This document shows, in pieces, positions 25,689 through 37,283 of a stretch of 64,000 nt of DNA (position 1 is the stretch's first letter; each line of letters opens with the position of its first letter). Under the pieces are notes generated by a model, which saw nothing but the letters and a program-made list of their open reading frames with translations, had not been told where the DNA came from and ran no database searches. The position numbers were made by a program, and so were the translations under genes. Location: the NCBI GenBank assembly GCA_973851085.1, contig OZ316775.1, positions 15,624,001 through 15,688,000 of the forward strand, read 5' to 3'. The stretch comes from Ptychomitrium polyphyllum (Eukaryota).

Positions 25689-28011
25689 TTATGCCACTTG
25701 TTGCAGCTTGGGACATGCAGTTGACTTTGGTGGTGCAATTGAACCTGAAATTGAAAAACACATGTCAGCACTCGAAAGACAGCTGAAAGCTTTAAGGAAA
25801 AGAAACCTATACTCCAATGCTCAATCCGACGTCAAAGGATGTTCAATGAAGTGGGCGATGCTCCGAAATGAAGTCCAACAAATAGATGATATGCTGGAAG
25901 AGAAGGACAGGAAACACATACACATGGATGCAAAGCAAGGTTGCTGAAGAGCAGGGTCTTCTGCTATGGGAGACGGCATCTGCCCATAAAACATTTCACA
26001 GCTCATATCTTCAAAATCTGCAAGTAAGGGTAAAAATGGGGTCATCATCAACGAGAAAATTACATTCTTCCGAACCAGATCAATCGATAATAGGGCAGAC
26101 ATCAACGCACTAGGCATCCGAACAATACTGAAGATTCAGTGGCTTGACAGTGAGTGAAACTCATATGAAGTCAGGTCTGCGGTGTGAGGTGAAGCACTTA
26201 CTGGGTGTCATAGTAAGTGGAAGACCGAATTCGTTGGTGAAAAAGTCTTGTGTAGGAATTTTGCACATGTTTACGCACATCCCAACACATCCACTGTTTT
26301 CAAGGTATCTGTTCTCAATCGAACGTTTTGGTACAGTTAGTGCTGGTTTTAAGATACATAACAGTTTAAATAACGCGAAGCAAAAAAAATTTAAAAACCA
26401 GTGCATGTATGCGAACAATTTCTTAAAGAATGAAAATAAACTGAAAGTCATACCTGCACTTAGTGATTTTCACGCCGCTCATCTGTTTAACTCCATTTAC
26501 CTCGATCTCCATTAACTGTTTTCTCAACATCCCATTATAGCAGTTCAGGAAATTTGCATCTGTATCCGAGTTTAAGACAAACTGAAAGTAGCGACAATCT
26601 GAATTACGGAAGGTGATGCTCGAAGTAGTACTTTCACAAAAAGCATTAGACTCAAATTATGATCATCTTCCAATGCATCCGGTAGTATGTGACCAAACTA
26701 TGAATAAGCTGAAGATTTGAAAAACAGCATTTCTTTTTGCTGCTATCAGAAAGGAAGTGTTGTCGGCTTACCTCAGCTGGCCCAACCAGCCATTGAAAGA
26801 AGGGCACTGTGATAGCAGCATTGAACTCTGCTGACCACTTTGTAGGAGGAAAGAGCTTTCTAAACTGCAAGTATTGAGAAAATCGTGTTTCATGTAAGAA
26901 CCTTACAGACCTCACCAATGTGTCTTAAGACAACTGAACGAATCAGAAAAGCAACCATAAAATTGTGAAAGTAAAGAAGAAAATTCTAGTGCATGATTAC
27001 GACCTACAATCCATGGACGTAACGTTCTTCTCTCCCTTATGCTCCTACAGAAAAATTCTGCTCTAATATACAGCACGATAACAAATCGAGACTGAAAATA
27101 CCTGTGCCGGTGCTCCAGGAGGAAGAAGCGAGAGAAGAACGTTACGGACAACTGCTCTTTGTTCAACTGCTGTCCTGCCTTGCATAATCTTCTTTGAAAC
27201 GTCCACGAATCCCTCGTATCCTTGCAATAGAGTTGACTTCCCTGGCATGCACATGACGTCTACATCAGCGCCAAGAACCCCAAAATGACACAATTGCATA
27301 TGTGCTACTACGTAAGCCTAGATCACACAGAAACTGAATCTGATTGTCAGTCAATGTTGCGAAATGAAGTCAAACGAAAGCACAGCACTAAGGCATAGAA
27401 TTTATCCTGAACAGAGTTATGTAGAGAAGAGGAAAAAGAGAAGTTTCTCCTACTATGCAGTAACCGAAACAAATCGTTGTGTGTGTGATCCATTTAGACT
27501 TCGGTGCATGTTTGGTATGTTAGGTACGTTTAGTATGTTTGGTACGTTTGGTATGTTTTGAACTTCTCCAGGACAACCTTAAGAAAATGACTATTTCATA
27601 TGATACTTCTCTCCTTTATCAACCTCTACCTTGTAACCAGCTGATTCTAAACTCACTCTCAGACACCGCTGCAGCTCTTGCACAAAAATTCGACTCTATA
27701 TTCTGCATGTGCTGCGATGATCAAAGGGCAGAAAAATTGCAACAAAACCATTCGCATATCTGAAGCAGTGGACCTATACCTGTGAATTGTTCCATTTTTC
27801 GACGAAACAGTGCCATGAAAGCTTTATCCAGCAAATTGTCGTTGTACCGAGTAACCTGCCCAAAGGGCGCAGGCTTTCCAGAAGGCTCCGCTACTCCACA
27901 CCGCACCACACATGGGCGGAAATTCGTTGGCACCCGGCTCTCATGATTCCGGAAGCCTCTCAAACTTGAGCAAGCGCCCTCCCACGGTGCTTGAACAGCT
28001 ACTGAATGCAT
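25689..28011 (-). CDS. D27L1: Beta-carotene isomerase D27-like protein (DUF4033, D27-LIKE1 clade), 7 exons, with a plastid transit-like N-terminus
   Basis: Exons encode MHSVAVQ...[64 protein letters not shown]..., [86 protein letters not shown] and a last exon [18 protein letters not shown] (TAA 25689-25691). The start codon is inferred; an acceptor near 28048 implies an upstream UTR exon. Confidence 0.92.
27508..27559. repeat. 9-bp degenerate minisatellite (TTTGGTAYG)n in a D27-like intron
   Basis: atgtttggtatgttaggtacgtttagtatgtttggtacgtttggtatgtttt, about 6 units. Confidence 0.8.
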
Positions 28012-28949
28012 GCTGGTGAATGTCTCGACGAAATTCCAAGGAGAAACTGCACGCAAACCTGGCACGCCTTTCGAATTGGTGTAGGTGTCTCGCTAAACGC
28101 TACAGCTCAAACAGAAGCTTGATTCATGGGTTGCAATGTGTTGCGAGGGGTTCGCCAATCAGTTCAAAGCATCTGATGAAACAAGAAGACTCGAGAAGGG
28201 GCTCATGGAATGCAAGAAGAGGATTGGCACTCAAGGGCCTTGGTCACAACTACAGCTACGCCGAAACGTCACAACGCGCTCTCACAGAATGCTTCCACTT
28301 GATCGAAAAATCTTGGAGGTTGTATTGGAGAGGCCTCACACGGATGAAGCTCTGGCAGACGCGGCTCAGAAGGTCGGTTCAGGTTGAGAAACACCAATGT
28401 CGGTGGGTAGAAGCAGAGGAGTTGGTGTTCGGAGCGGCTACAGATCATCCAAAAGCAATGTGAGACCGGAGACGAGATCCCTGTGATTCCCGAACATGCA
28501 AGAAACAGAGTTAATCAATCCAGAGTCCAGAATTTGGCCAAGCCACCGCAGAAGCACCTCCTGCACACGAAAGCGCGCACAGACTGACCCAGAGGACAGG
28601 AAAATCTGTGAGGCGGCAGAAGAGGCTCTCTGCGCTCCAGCTCTGGTTGACCCGATGGGCCCCATTGCAGACGCAGACGAGATGGAAGCTGCAACAGAGC
28701 GAGACGTGGAAGCGCAGAGCGGAAGTTCAAGAACAGCCACACGAAGAAAGCGATGGGCAATCTGGAAGGATGTCTCAACGGCAGGCGCTGCTTTGGCATC
28801 CAGGATTATGGTTCTCGTCGCGTCCTCGTTGTTCCATTAGCTCTCATCACCAATTCCCAACTGTAAATTTCGACGACAACTTTTTCTGGTCGAGAGGCAA
28901 ACTCTGTCACTCACGGCAGAACAAGCGCTTTGTTGTTTCCACACTATAG

Positions 28950-29900
28950 CCTTCTTTTTCTTCGGATTGGCGAGGCTACAGCGGAGTCAGTGTTGGACCC
29001 ACCGAGAACCGGCTTTCTAGGGTTTAGTGCAACTTTCGGTATGCAGCCTACAGCATGTCAGGTGCGTGAAGAGGCGAAGAGGGCATCAAGATTGTAACTG
29101 CACATTTTTTCCTTCTTCGATCCAATTGCTGAACCAGAATCGAGTTTGGAGCTTTGGAAAGGAATTTTGATTTTCCGGGTAGGGTGTGGAGTGCTTGTTT
29201 CGTGCAGAGTTACAAGTGACTACTTTGCCAAGGATTCTGAGGAAAATGCAGCTTCATAGACACTCTTGAGGGAGCTAGAACTTGTACATCAACTTCGGCT
29301 TAACCACATCTGTGCGTGTGCTTTTTCCCTGCGGATTGCTAGTGAAGCTGCGTTTTTGTCAGAAGCGACGGCAATGTGGAATCTCTGTGTTGAGCTACAG
29401 GAGTAATGTGGGATGATCTACTCCGTTAACCATTGATATTGGCTTCGCGCAACCCGCTGAATTTCCAGAGTTTCCAGTGTTTCCAGTGCGGTGAGCTATG
29501 AAAGTTTTGTAGGGTTTAGGCTGATTTTTGATTATGCTGTAGGGGATTGAGCTTCCACTTTATGGTTTGACTCCATTGCTGGAGTCGCTATAGAACCATC
29601 CTATGATATCCTCCATGTTCGTCTGTTCTGAAGAAAGCCTGAGGATGAGGATATTTCAGAGAGTGTGAAGTGTCGCAGGGGGAGTTACACTGAATGACGA
29701 AGATTCTCTTACCGATCACGTCTTTATTAGCGAGTGCTGGCTCCTGAGAAGCTCTTGTCAAAGTTGCTGGGTGGGAGGTTGGCCTCTCGTTCTGATGTTT
29801 TATGTGCCTTCGCCTCGCGCAGGGTTTAGGGCCGGATGTTTTCCTCTGTGTCTTTAGTTTTGATTGATGAATTTAGCTTCCAGGGAGCAGCTGAGAGTGG
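28950..29900 (+). other. Putative spliced transcription unit without an intact ORF (lncRNA or decayed gene), divergent from the D27-like gene
   Basis: Three telo-boxes (29018, 29510, 29821) and plausible donors/acceptors (G|GTATGC about 29039, GTGCAG| 29207, G|GTGAGC about 29491, CTGTAG| 29542). The exon-like segment 29208-29298 is closed in all three frames. Confidence 0.35.
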
Positions 29901-30728
29901 AGTTATGAGGCTATGTTGAAAGTTTCACATGGATGTTCTAGCGAGGGACAGAAATGCAGCAGAATAAGAAGCTCTGCAGTGTTGGAGGTTCTTACCTATT
30001 GTTCTAGTACTGTTCGTCATGGTGCAGGATTATTCGGCTAAAGAATATTATGACAAAGGTTGGGCAGATTTTGTTCTTATAACACATGTCACCGGCTTAC
30101 AGAATAGTTGGTCCACTGTAGAGTGTTAGTATCAACATGCTATGGAATGTGTATGTGACACGGCAGAATTAAGTTTCAGTAGATATCGATGGCCATGTTG
30201 ACAAGATGTCGCAGGGATAAAACTGAGTCTGTAATAAGTACATAACGACCAGTTGTATATGTCTACACAGTTGCTTGTAAGATTATCATGATCTTTGCTA
30301 ATCTGGCCTAATTGATGTTCCATGTGCGTGGAAACAAGATCAAAAGAGGTAAAAGAAACTATAAACACTTCGAGTCTGCCTCGCTTTTCCTACAAGATGA
30401 AGAAGATCACCAGCAGGCCGCAAGCTATCAGTATCCTTGAAATGTGTAAATAAGAAGCTAAAAATATCCTTCCTTCCCTTAGTGCACGTAAGAAAATCCT
30501 TTCGTTTTTGAAATATGGGTGATCATATTTTTATAATGATGAAGTCATCAAACCAGCTTGTGCAATCCAAATTCTGAATCCACCAACCACATTATAAAAG
30601 TTGTAGTCCTGTATACGAATCTTTGTGAAGTGATGTGACGTACTGTCTAGTGCAAAGATGAAAGGCTGTTCATTTCTGTTTGAAGAAGGAGGTTGTAACT
30701 TACCAAATTGCGGAAGGAGTAGAGGGTA

Positions 30729-32060
30729 TCAGCGTGCAGAAGTTTTCGCACGATGCCCTCGCCCGTGCTTCCTGTATTCCAAGCTCGCCGAGTGTGACGC
30801 TGTCGGACCAGGTTGGAGTTGCAGGCTAGCACGGCGCCGTTTGAAGCGCAGTTTCTCGCGCTTCAGAGCCAGCTTCTGTTCCTCCAGAATTAGCATGGTT
30901 TCTCGGTGCTTCTGCTCGTCCTCCTCTCGGCTTCGCAGAACCGAGACTAGAGGAAGCAGGGTAGAGTTGAGTGCGTCCTCGATCTGTTGCTTGATGAACG
31001 GGGCTACCTTAGTTATTAGGTCATCGGCATTAATCACTCCCTTTCTGCCGGTGTAATTGGAGTTCGATTTAAAGCAGGGACTGTCTGCTTTGACTTTGGC
31101 TTCTGATGCGTTTATTGCCGATGAGCTATCGTGCAATTCGTCATCTTCGTTCTCGGGGACATTCAGTAAGTCAATCTCGTCAGGCTCCAAAGATGGACAC
31201 ATACTGCCGTCGCCGGTCAAATCCACCTTGTGAGCTTTGAGGTGATGATTCTCTTGCATCTTGCAAACTTCTCTTCTGCATTATGTTGCTCCAGAGGCTT
31301 ATCATTTGCATACGCTTGTCTTGAACCGACCGCTACATGTAGCGTTTTGTTAGGACAAAAACTGGCTGCATGCTCTCGGGCTTTGCGTTTGACGAAGATC
31401 GTCACTTGTTTGATGGCATCGTCACTGAGGTTGTTCAAGTTGGGCGGAATCTCTTCCGAATTTGCGTTTATATCATCGTAAAGAATTTGAATTGAATTAC
31501 ACAAAGTTGAAAGGGCGCTTCGTCTTGCACTTAATAAGCCTCCTCGCTGAGTCGACGGCACGAGCGGCGAGCTCTTCGGTGTCGAATGTTCCCAGCCAGA
31601 GCTTATCAACGAGCTTCCATTCTGCCACTCGAACTTCAGCCACCCATTTCCGGAGGTCCGGTCGGTAGCGGACTCCGTAGAATATGGAGCTTCCCTTGAA
31701 CCTTGACCCTCTCTTGGTGATGATACAAGACGCTTCCTTAAGTCCAAAATTGACGGCTGGTTCTACTTGGAGTTCTGCTTCTACTCCTGCTTGATGTAGC
31801 TCTGAATAGGAGACCGGACGTTGCGACGTCACTGAAATTTGTGATCCGGGAGATGCAAAAGTCTTCTCCAGCTCTGGAACAACTATTGGAGCTCTGATCC
31901 TCGCCTTACTTCGCCTTACTTTGCCGGACGCCCCGGCCGCTACATTCGAAGGCAATAGCGATCGACGTATGCATAGTTCGTCCAGTTCTTCACGCAGCCT
32001 CTGCCGGGAGCAGGATAACGCACTCTCGTCAAAGAAATAGAGAATTGCACTGGCCGCCAT
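30729..32060 (-). pseudogene. Intronless AP2/ERF transcription factor gene split by two frameshifts, with a C-terminal coiled coil
   Basis: AP2 domain FYGVRYRPDLRKWVAEVRVAEWKLVDKLWLGTFDTEELAARAVDSARRL...PFNF ends in TAA at 31497-31499. Coding-like sequence continues in a second frame (CNSIQILYDD...VKRKAREHA) and a third frame from about 31260 (…EEDEQKHRETMLILEEQKLALKREKL…*). The 187-aa first ORF alone could still be translated. Confidence 0.78.
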
Positions 32061-34760
32061 TGGTCCGGAAGGAGCTTGAAACGATACTTGTGACTGTGAC
32101 CAATGAAGGTCGTATCAAGGAACTCAAGCCTTTTGCGCTGAGCCTCGTTCGTAAAACTTGCAACCAAATGACAATGCAACCTTACAACTCTCTGTCACAC
32201 GTGCAGTGGCATTACAGAAGCTGAATAAGGAAGAAGAAACGAACTAGGGAGGAGTTGTAGGGCCGGGAGACACAATGGAGCTTTCTTCTCAGACCTCCTT
32301 CTGTATCTATATCTGTTCAAAAAATTACTCCCTAGAAGAATTTGCACGAGAGTCGCAAACTTCTGCTCACCAAACTGCTCACCAACGTCTACTCACCAAC
32401 ACCAATGTAAACGTCGACACGATGGAGGTTTCTACTGACCTTCTGCATCTGTTACTACGCGAAATGCTAGATGAATTTGCACGAGTACTATATGCCGCCA
32501 GAACAACGACCTCATAAACCCTGAACGAATGTGGAGGAAGAAACAGAAACTTTTGTGATAACTTTTGTATACCGACTTTTCAGGGTCGGGGTGTGCAGAG
32601 AGCGGTGTCGGCAAGCTCCGGTGACTCCCTTATTAAGGTGTTGTATGGGGAATTTTGCATGATTCTCATTGCTATCGAGGCTCGATTCTCTCATTTTGTG
32701 AAAAGCATTATCTCTTCACGTGGCCATGGCCGCCCTCGCTCTTCTATCGGGAAGCCCTCTTCTGTTAACTTGTCGGGAGCCCCCTTTTGCTATCGGGAAC
32801 CAGGTTGAGTATTGAGATTGACTTGAATTTGTCATTAGACTTGCTAGCCAGTTGCATACAAATGCTGTTTTTTACTGTTACGACTTGGTATTTCCTGATA
32901 TTTTGAAGATTATAATGAAAAAGAATATTAATATTTGTCGTGTTTACTGCCCGTCAAACTGGGTCTACGCACGTTTACGAATCTTCTCTTCTGACGATTA
33001 GTGTACAGAAAGTTATATTTTATTATTAAGTAGGACGAAGGAGGTCGGTATTATATCTCGATATTGAACCTTATGAAACAAAAGGAATACTCGATAGGAA
33101 GCCCAAGGTTGAATAAGCACGAGATGCTGACATTTTTGGTTGATACCCAAATTAATGACAACTTGTCTCCAGCTGGTCACCCTCCTCGATACGAAGTGTT
33201 CTGCCCCTTCCTTAATTTTACGGGACCTTGAGAAACCTTGGCTCTTGAAGTTCTTTTCCTTGTTAGTTGAAACTGGTTAGTGCATCACCATTCCTTGCAG
33301 GAATTTCAAAAAACAAGGATTATCGCCATATACGAACCCAGGTACGAGAATGTCGTTTAAAACTTCAGTACTTAGAACTCCAGTACTTCAATTCAGCCGA
33401 ATCAATTGTAAGTTTTGTGGTTGGCAGCTGGTTGAGGTTTTATATCATGATTGGAGATCCTTGTCAGTTCTTCACTGCAGTTTGTCTTCGCTTTTGCGCT
33501 GAGGTTTTTCAAGTTTGTCTAGATACAAGTTGCTTTCACAACAATGTAAAGAATGAAATTCCCACAGATTTCCGTGTTTGCGTATCTGCACCAGGGACAT
33601 GAATATTTGAAGTTCTGAGAATTGTGATTGTGCACTTCAGTTGCATAGTCTAGCTTATAGCTGCCTATATTGTGGTTATCGGTACATCCAGACTTTCAAA
33701 CTAAAAAGGGACTCTTCGGGCCAATTATCCAACAGAGCAGAACACAAATGTTCTCTTTCTGTCCTAATCCCATCGGCAGTTGAATATTTGCACGACTGCA
33801 ACACCTGAAAATGATTATCAATAATTTTAACTATGTGGAGCTTTGCAGAGGAAGCCACCCCCAAGCTTGGTACCAGTTACTGACGACACTTACTGGTGAG
33901 ATTCTGACGGTATCTGCTTCGACATAAGATTCATATAACTATTCTGTTTTGTTAATGATCTTTTGCGCTTGATTCGTATACGAAGTGCTAGTAAAGAAAG
34001 AGTTTTGGAGTATACTGGTTCTAGTAGCAGACACCCGTAATCTCACATTGCCACACCACTCGTGTAGTTTACAGCACTGGTCCCCTTTCAGATTTGTGCA
34101 CCGGTAGTTACAAGTCTTGGAAATTCTGGTGGACTACTGTCAAGAGGGTTCAACACTTCAACCCTCGGTCCTAATACCAGTGCCAAAATTCTAATTCTCG
34201 GCGCACTGTTTGTACACTGTTGGTCGATTCTAATATCCCGCTTTTCTTCGCAGATAAGAAAATCTGAGTGCCGACTGCGATAGCGTATAGAGTGTTGCGT
34301 TGCTCATAGATATCTGGTTTATCTGATTCTCATGTACACCTCACAAGTCAATGTTTCTACTAAAGTAGCTGATAGAATTGCAGATGAAATCTCTCTTTAG
34401 GGATGTCGTTGATTATGCTTCAAGGCCTCTCCCACAGCAGTTTGATGTCTTGGAGATACTAACTGGCTGTTGAGCTCGTGTTGAGCTCGTGTACTCTGGG
34501 CATGAAACAGTTCAAGTGGCATCTGATAGGCATTCTGAAACTAAGGTGGGTTTATCGTTCTTGTTCCCACCTCGTTGTGAATAACAACCAAAATTGGTTC
34601 AACTTTGCTTCCTCATATAGTAAGCCAGGTAAAAAATTTGTTCGCGTGCTTGCTTGTTTGCAAACTAGCACAATGTGCCAATCACTGAAATGTGCCAGTT
34701 TAATGACTCCAGGTGATGGACAACGTCGATAAATTCTAGTGCGATGATTATATTGACTCG

Positions 34761-36031
34761 ATGGACACCGGTTTCAGTGCTGGGAATGGTGAGGAGATTA
34801 ATTTCGAGGCATCAAGTTTCGAGGCATTTCCCTTCCAACCTTTTGGTCTGACAGGAGATCAATCGACAGAGCAGCTATTAGCATTCAGTTCTGAAAATTT
34901 TCTCCCAGCAATTATGCCGTCGCCTTTAGAGAATCTTACTTTGGACTTGCAACAAGTCAGCATGAGAAAGCTTCCTGTTGTGGACGAGCTTGTAAATGAT
35001 CGATGTCATTTGCTCGATGAATCTCGGAAGAATAGGAAAGAGGGTATGTTTCGTCCAATTCTTAACAACTCAGAGGAAACAGGGGACTTGCATTCGAATG
35101 TTGCAATGCCTGTGCCTAGAGTGTGTCCGGCTCCAGACCGACATCTTATTAACGTCTTCCCGCCGGTGCTGTGGGCAACTTCTGTGCGGGCTTCTGTGCG
35201 CCGGATGTCGTATAAAACAAGTTTGTGCGGCGCAAGTGGAAGATACATCGAGCTCCGAATTGCACAGCCGAGGAGATGACTGCGTTTTTAAAGTTCAAGA
35301 TAGAAGCTCTGGATGCTGTTAAAGGCAAGTCAGACTGGGACTTCATTTCTGAAAGTCCTAAACGAGCTGGCTTTAATAGAGGCCCCCAAGCATGCGAAGA
35401 TTTGTGGGGCACCCTATTGAAGCGTCTCACTAATATTCAAAAGCATGTTCAATCGAACAGTATCCCTGATCCAAGCAGCAGCTGAGCCGGAATTTGGAAT
35501 ATGACTGAGAATGAGAGGGCAGAGCGTAAGCTGCCACGAATATTCACAATGGACTGGTATGAAATGATGGAGACGATTCATAAGAAGAAACCAATTAAGA
35601 AGATTGGAGGTAAGAAGGAGCAAACTCAGGATGGAAATGCTTCAACTTCTCTTTTAAATGATTCAACAGTTACATCAGAATATTCTTCAGGGCTTATGGC
35701 TGTCAAGTTTCCAGCTCCTTCGCTGCCTCTTCCAACTGCAACAGCTCCGTCGACAGTGATCAGTTCTGACAATCTTGACGTGACGGATGAGGACCAGAAT
35801 GAGGACGTCAAGAAACGAGGCAGAATCGATCTCATCTCTGAAGTGAGTGGCTTGTACCATTTACTTCTCAAAGGTCACCAAAACCTGACAAACAATCAAA
35901 TTGCCAAGATGAAAGGTGAGGCATTCAAGATTGTTAAGTCGAACTTGCAGCTTGAAATCCTGAAGCAGAAGAACAAGGCACTTCGCTGCGCCCACCGACG
36001 GCCTAGTAAATCTACGAAAACGAATGTGTGA
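34761..36031 (+). pseudogene. Intronless trihelix (Myb/SANT-like) transcription factor gene with a frameshift and an in-frame stop
   Basis: RAPNCTAEEMTAFLKFK...WDFISES...GFNRGPQACEDLWGTLLK, then TGA at 35483-35485, followed in the same frame by AGIWNMTENERAERKLPRIFTMDWYEMM (trihelix fourth-helix signature). The N-terminal ORF from ATG 34761 is in a different frame. The first conserved Trp reads TGC (Cys). Confidence 0.8.
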
Positions 36032-36101
36032 TGCGCGGTCAGCACTTCAGGATCACTGTACTTCACAGCGATGTCACAACACACACACTCATTGTTCCTT
36101 C

Positions 36102-36173
36102 AACCCTGACGTCACCACAGTTTTAACACTGACGTCACCACAGTTTCAACACGGACGTCACCATAGTTTCAAC
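36102..36173. repeat. 23-bp tandem repeat x3 carrying TGACGTCA palindromes
   Basis: CTGACGTCACCACAGTTTTAACA / CTGACGTCACCACAGTTTCAACA / CGGACGTCACCATAGTTTCAAC. Confidence 0.9.
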
Positions 36174-37283
36174 TTTGTTACTCTCAACAAGGTGAGGAGC
36201 ATCAACGGCTCTATTCATGTTTGAACAGCAGAGACCTGTTATGAGTATAAAAGTTGTGCCCGGGTCAACGGCTCTATTTGAAAGTGTCCCATGCCAAGGG
36301 ATTTCAAAACACTCATTATATAAAAACCTAATACGCTGAAGGATTACAATGATTAGCACAATAAAATCCCTCTGGAAATCACTATCTCACTAAGTTAGCT
36401 CAGAGTGTAGGTCATAGGTGCTAGTCCACATGTATAACTCCTTAAACATACTGTGTGAATTACTCACGAATATATTTTGAAAGTAAAACTATTTGTAAAA
36501 TTTAATTTCAACAAACTAGTATTCATGAAGTGTGGATTAACTTGACTTTGGGTAGAAACCCGTTTACAATAAAGATAAGTTTCATAAACAGAGAAGAACA
36601 ATTCTAGGATTGTAATGATGATTTTTGTATCTAGATTTTGTCTTATATTTCTTTGAAAAACATGTTGTGGAATGAGTTGGTAAGTTCCTTGAATTTCTCT
36701 TTCAACAAATGAAAGGAGGAACCTTGGTTTTTATCTCACATAAGTTTTTTATAATTTTGGTATTATATTCTCCTCCTGCGTGTTTAATTCTACTACAACT
36801 CTAACTTAATTCTCAATTTATTTTTAAAAATATTTTTACATGCTTCCACTGTGTATGTTAAAGAAATATATACAAACATATTTAAAGCCTTTGAAACATA
36901 TCATTGAAAAAAACATATTCAAAGTTATAGACATGGGTTTTTTATTTAAGTTTGATGATAGGTACAAAATTAAAAATTTATGAATGATCTAATACCATCC
37001 ATTGCTATTTTGGATTTTTAATTATTTTTAAAATGAAAAACTTAAAAAATTAGTATTTATAACATTCTAATTTCAAAAACTTGTAAAAATACCAATGTGA
37101 ACATCCCTTTGTTAAGAGCTTTCCAACATACCAAGAACACCCTGCCACCCTCACAGTTTAGATTAAAGAAACCGTCACAGACAAACAAAACAAACTGCCT
37201 TGATATACAGTGCCTTTCTAGTCCACAATCAGTAATTAGCTGGGCTGCAAGAGTATTAGGGCACGTAACCTTTCATCTAAGGT

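Noticed and set aside
25582..26113. Plus-strand ORFs with a vague Myb-like 'C..KW..L' pattern
   Set aside because: They lie antisense to the last exons and intron of the D27-like gene, with no further domain support.
29760..29840. Possible telomerase RNA on the minus strand (CCCTAAACCCT template plus downstream CCTCCCACCC)
   Set aside because: The template-to-3' motif distance (about 50 nt) looks too short for a pseudoknot plus stem domain. There is no G-rich 5' partner and no properly placed USE/TATA. Better explained as a telo-box.
21376..36031. In-frame stops rescued by U-to-C RNA editing or programmed frameshifting
   Set aside because: These are nuclear spliceosomal-type loci with multiple independent indels, and I saw no slippery-site or stimulatory structure. 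Pseudogenisation is simpler.
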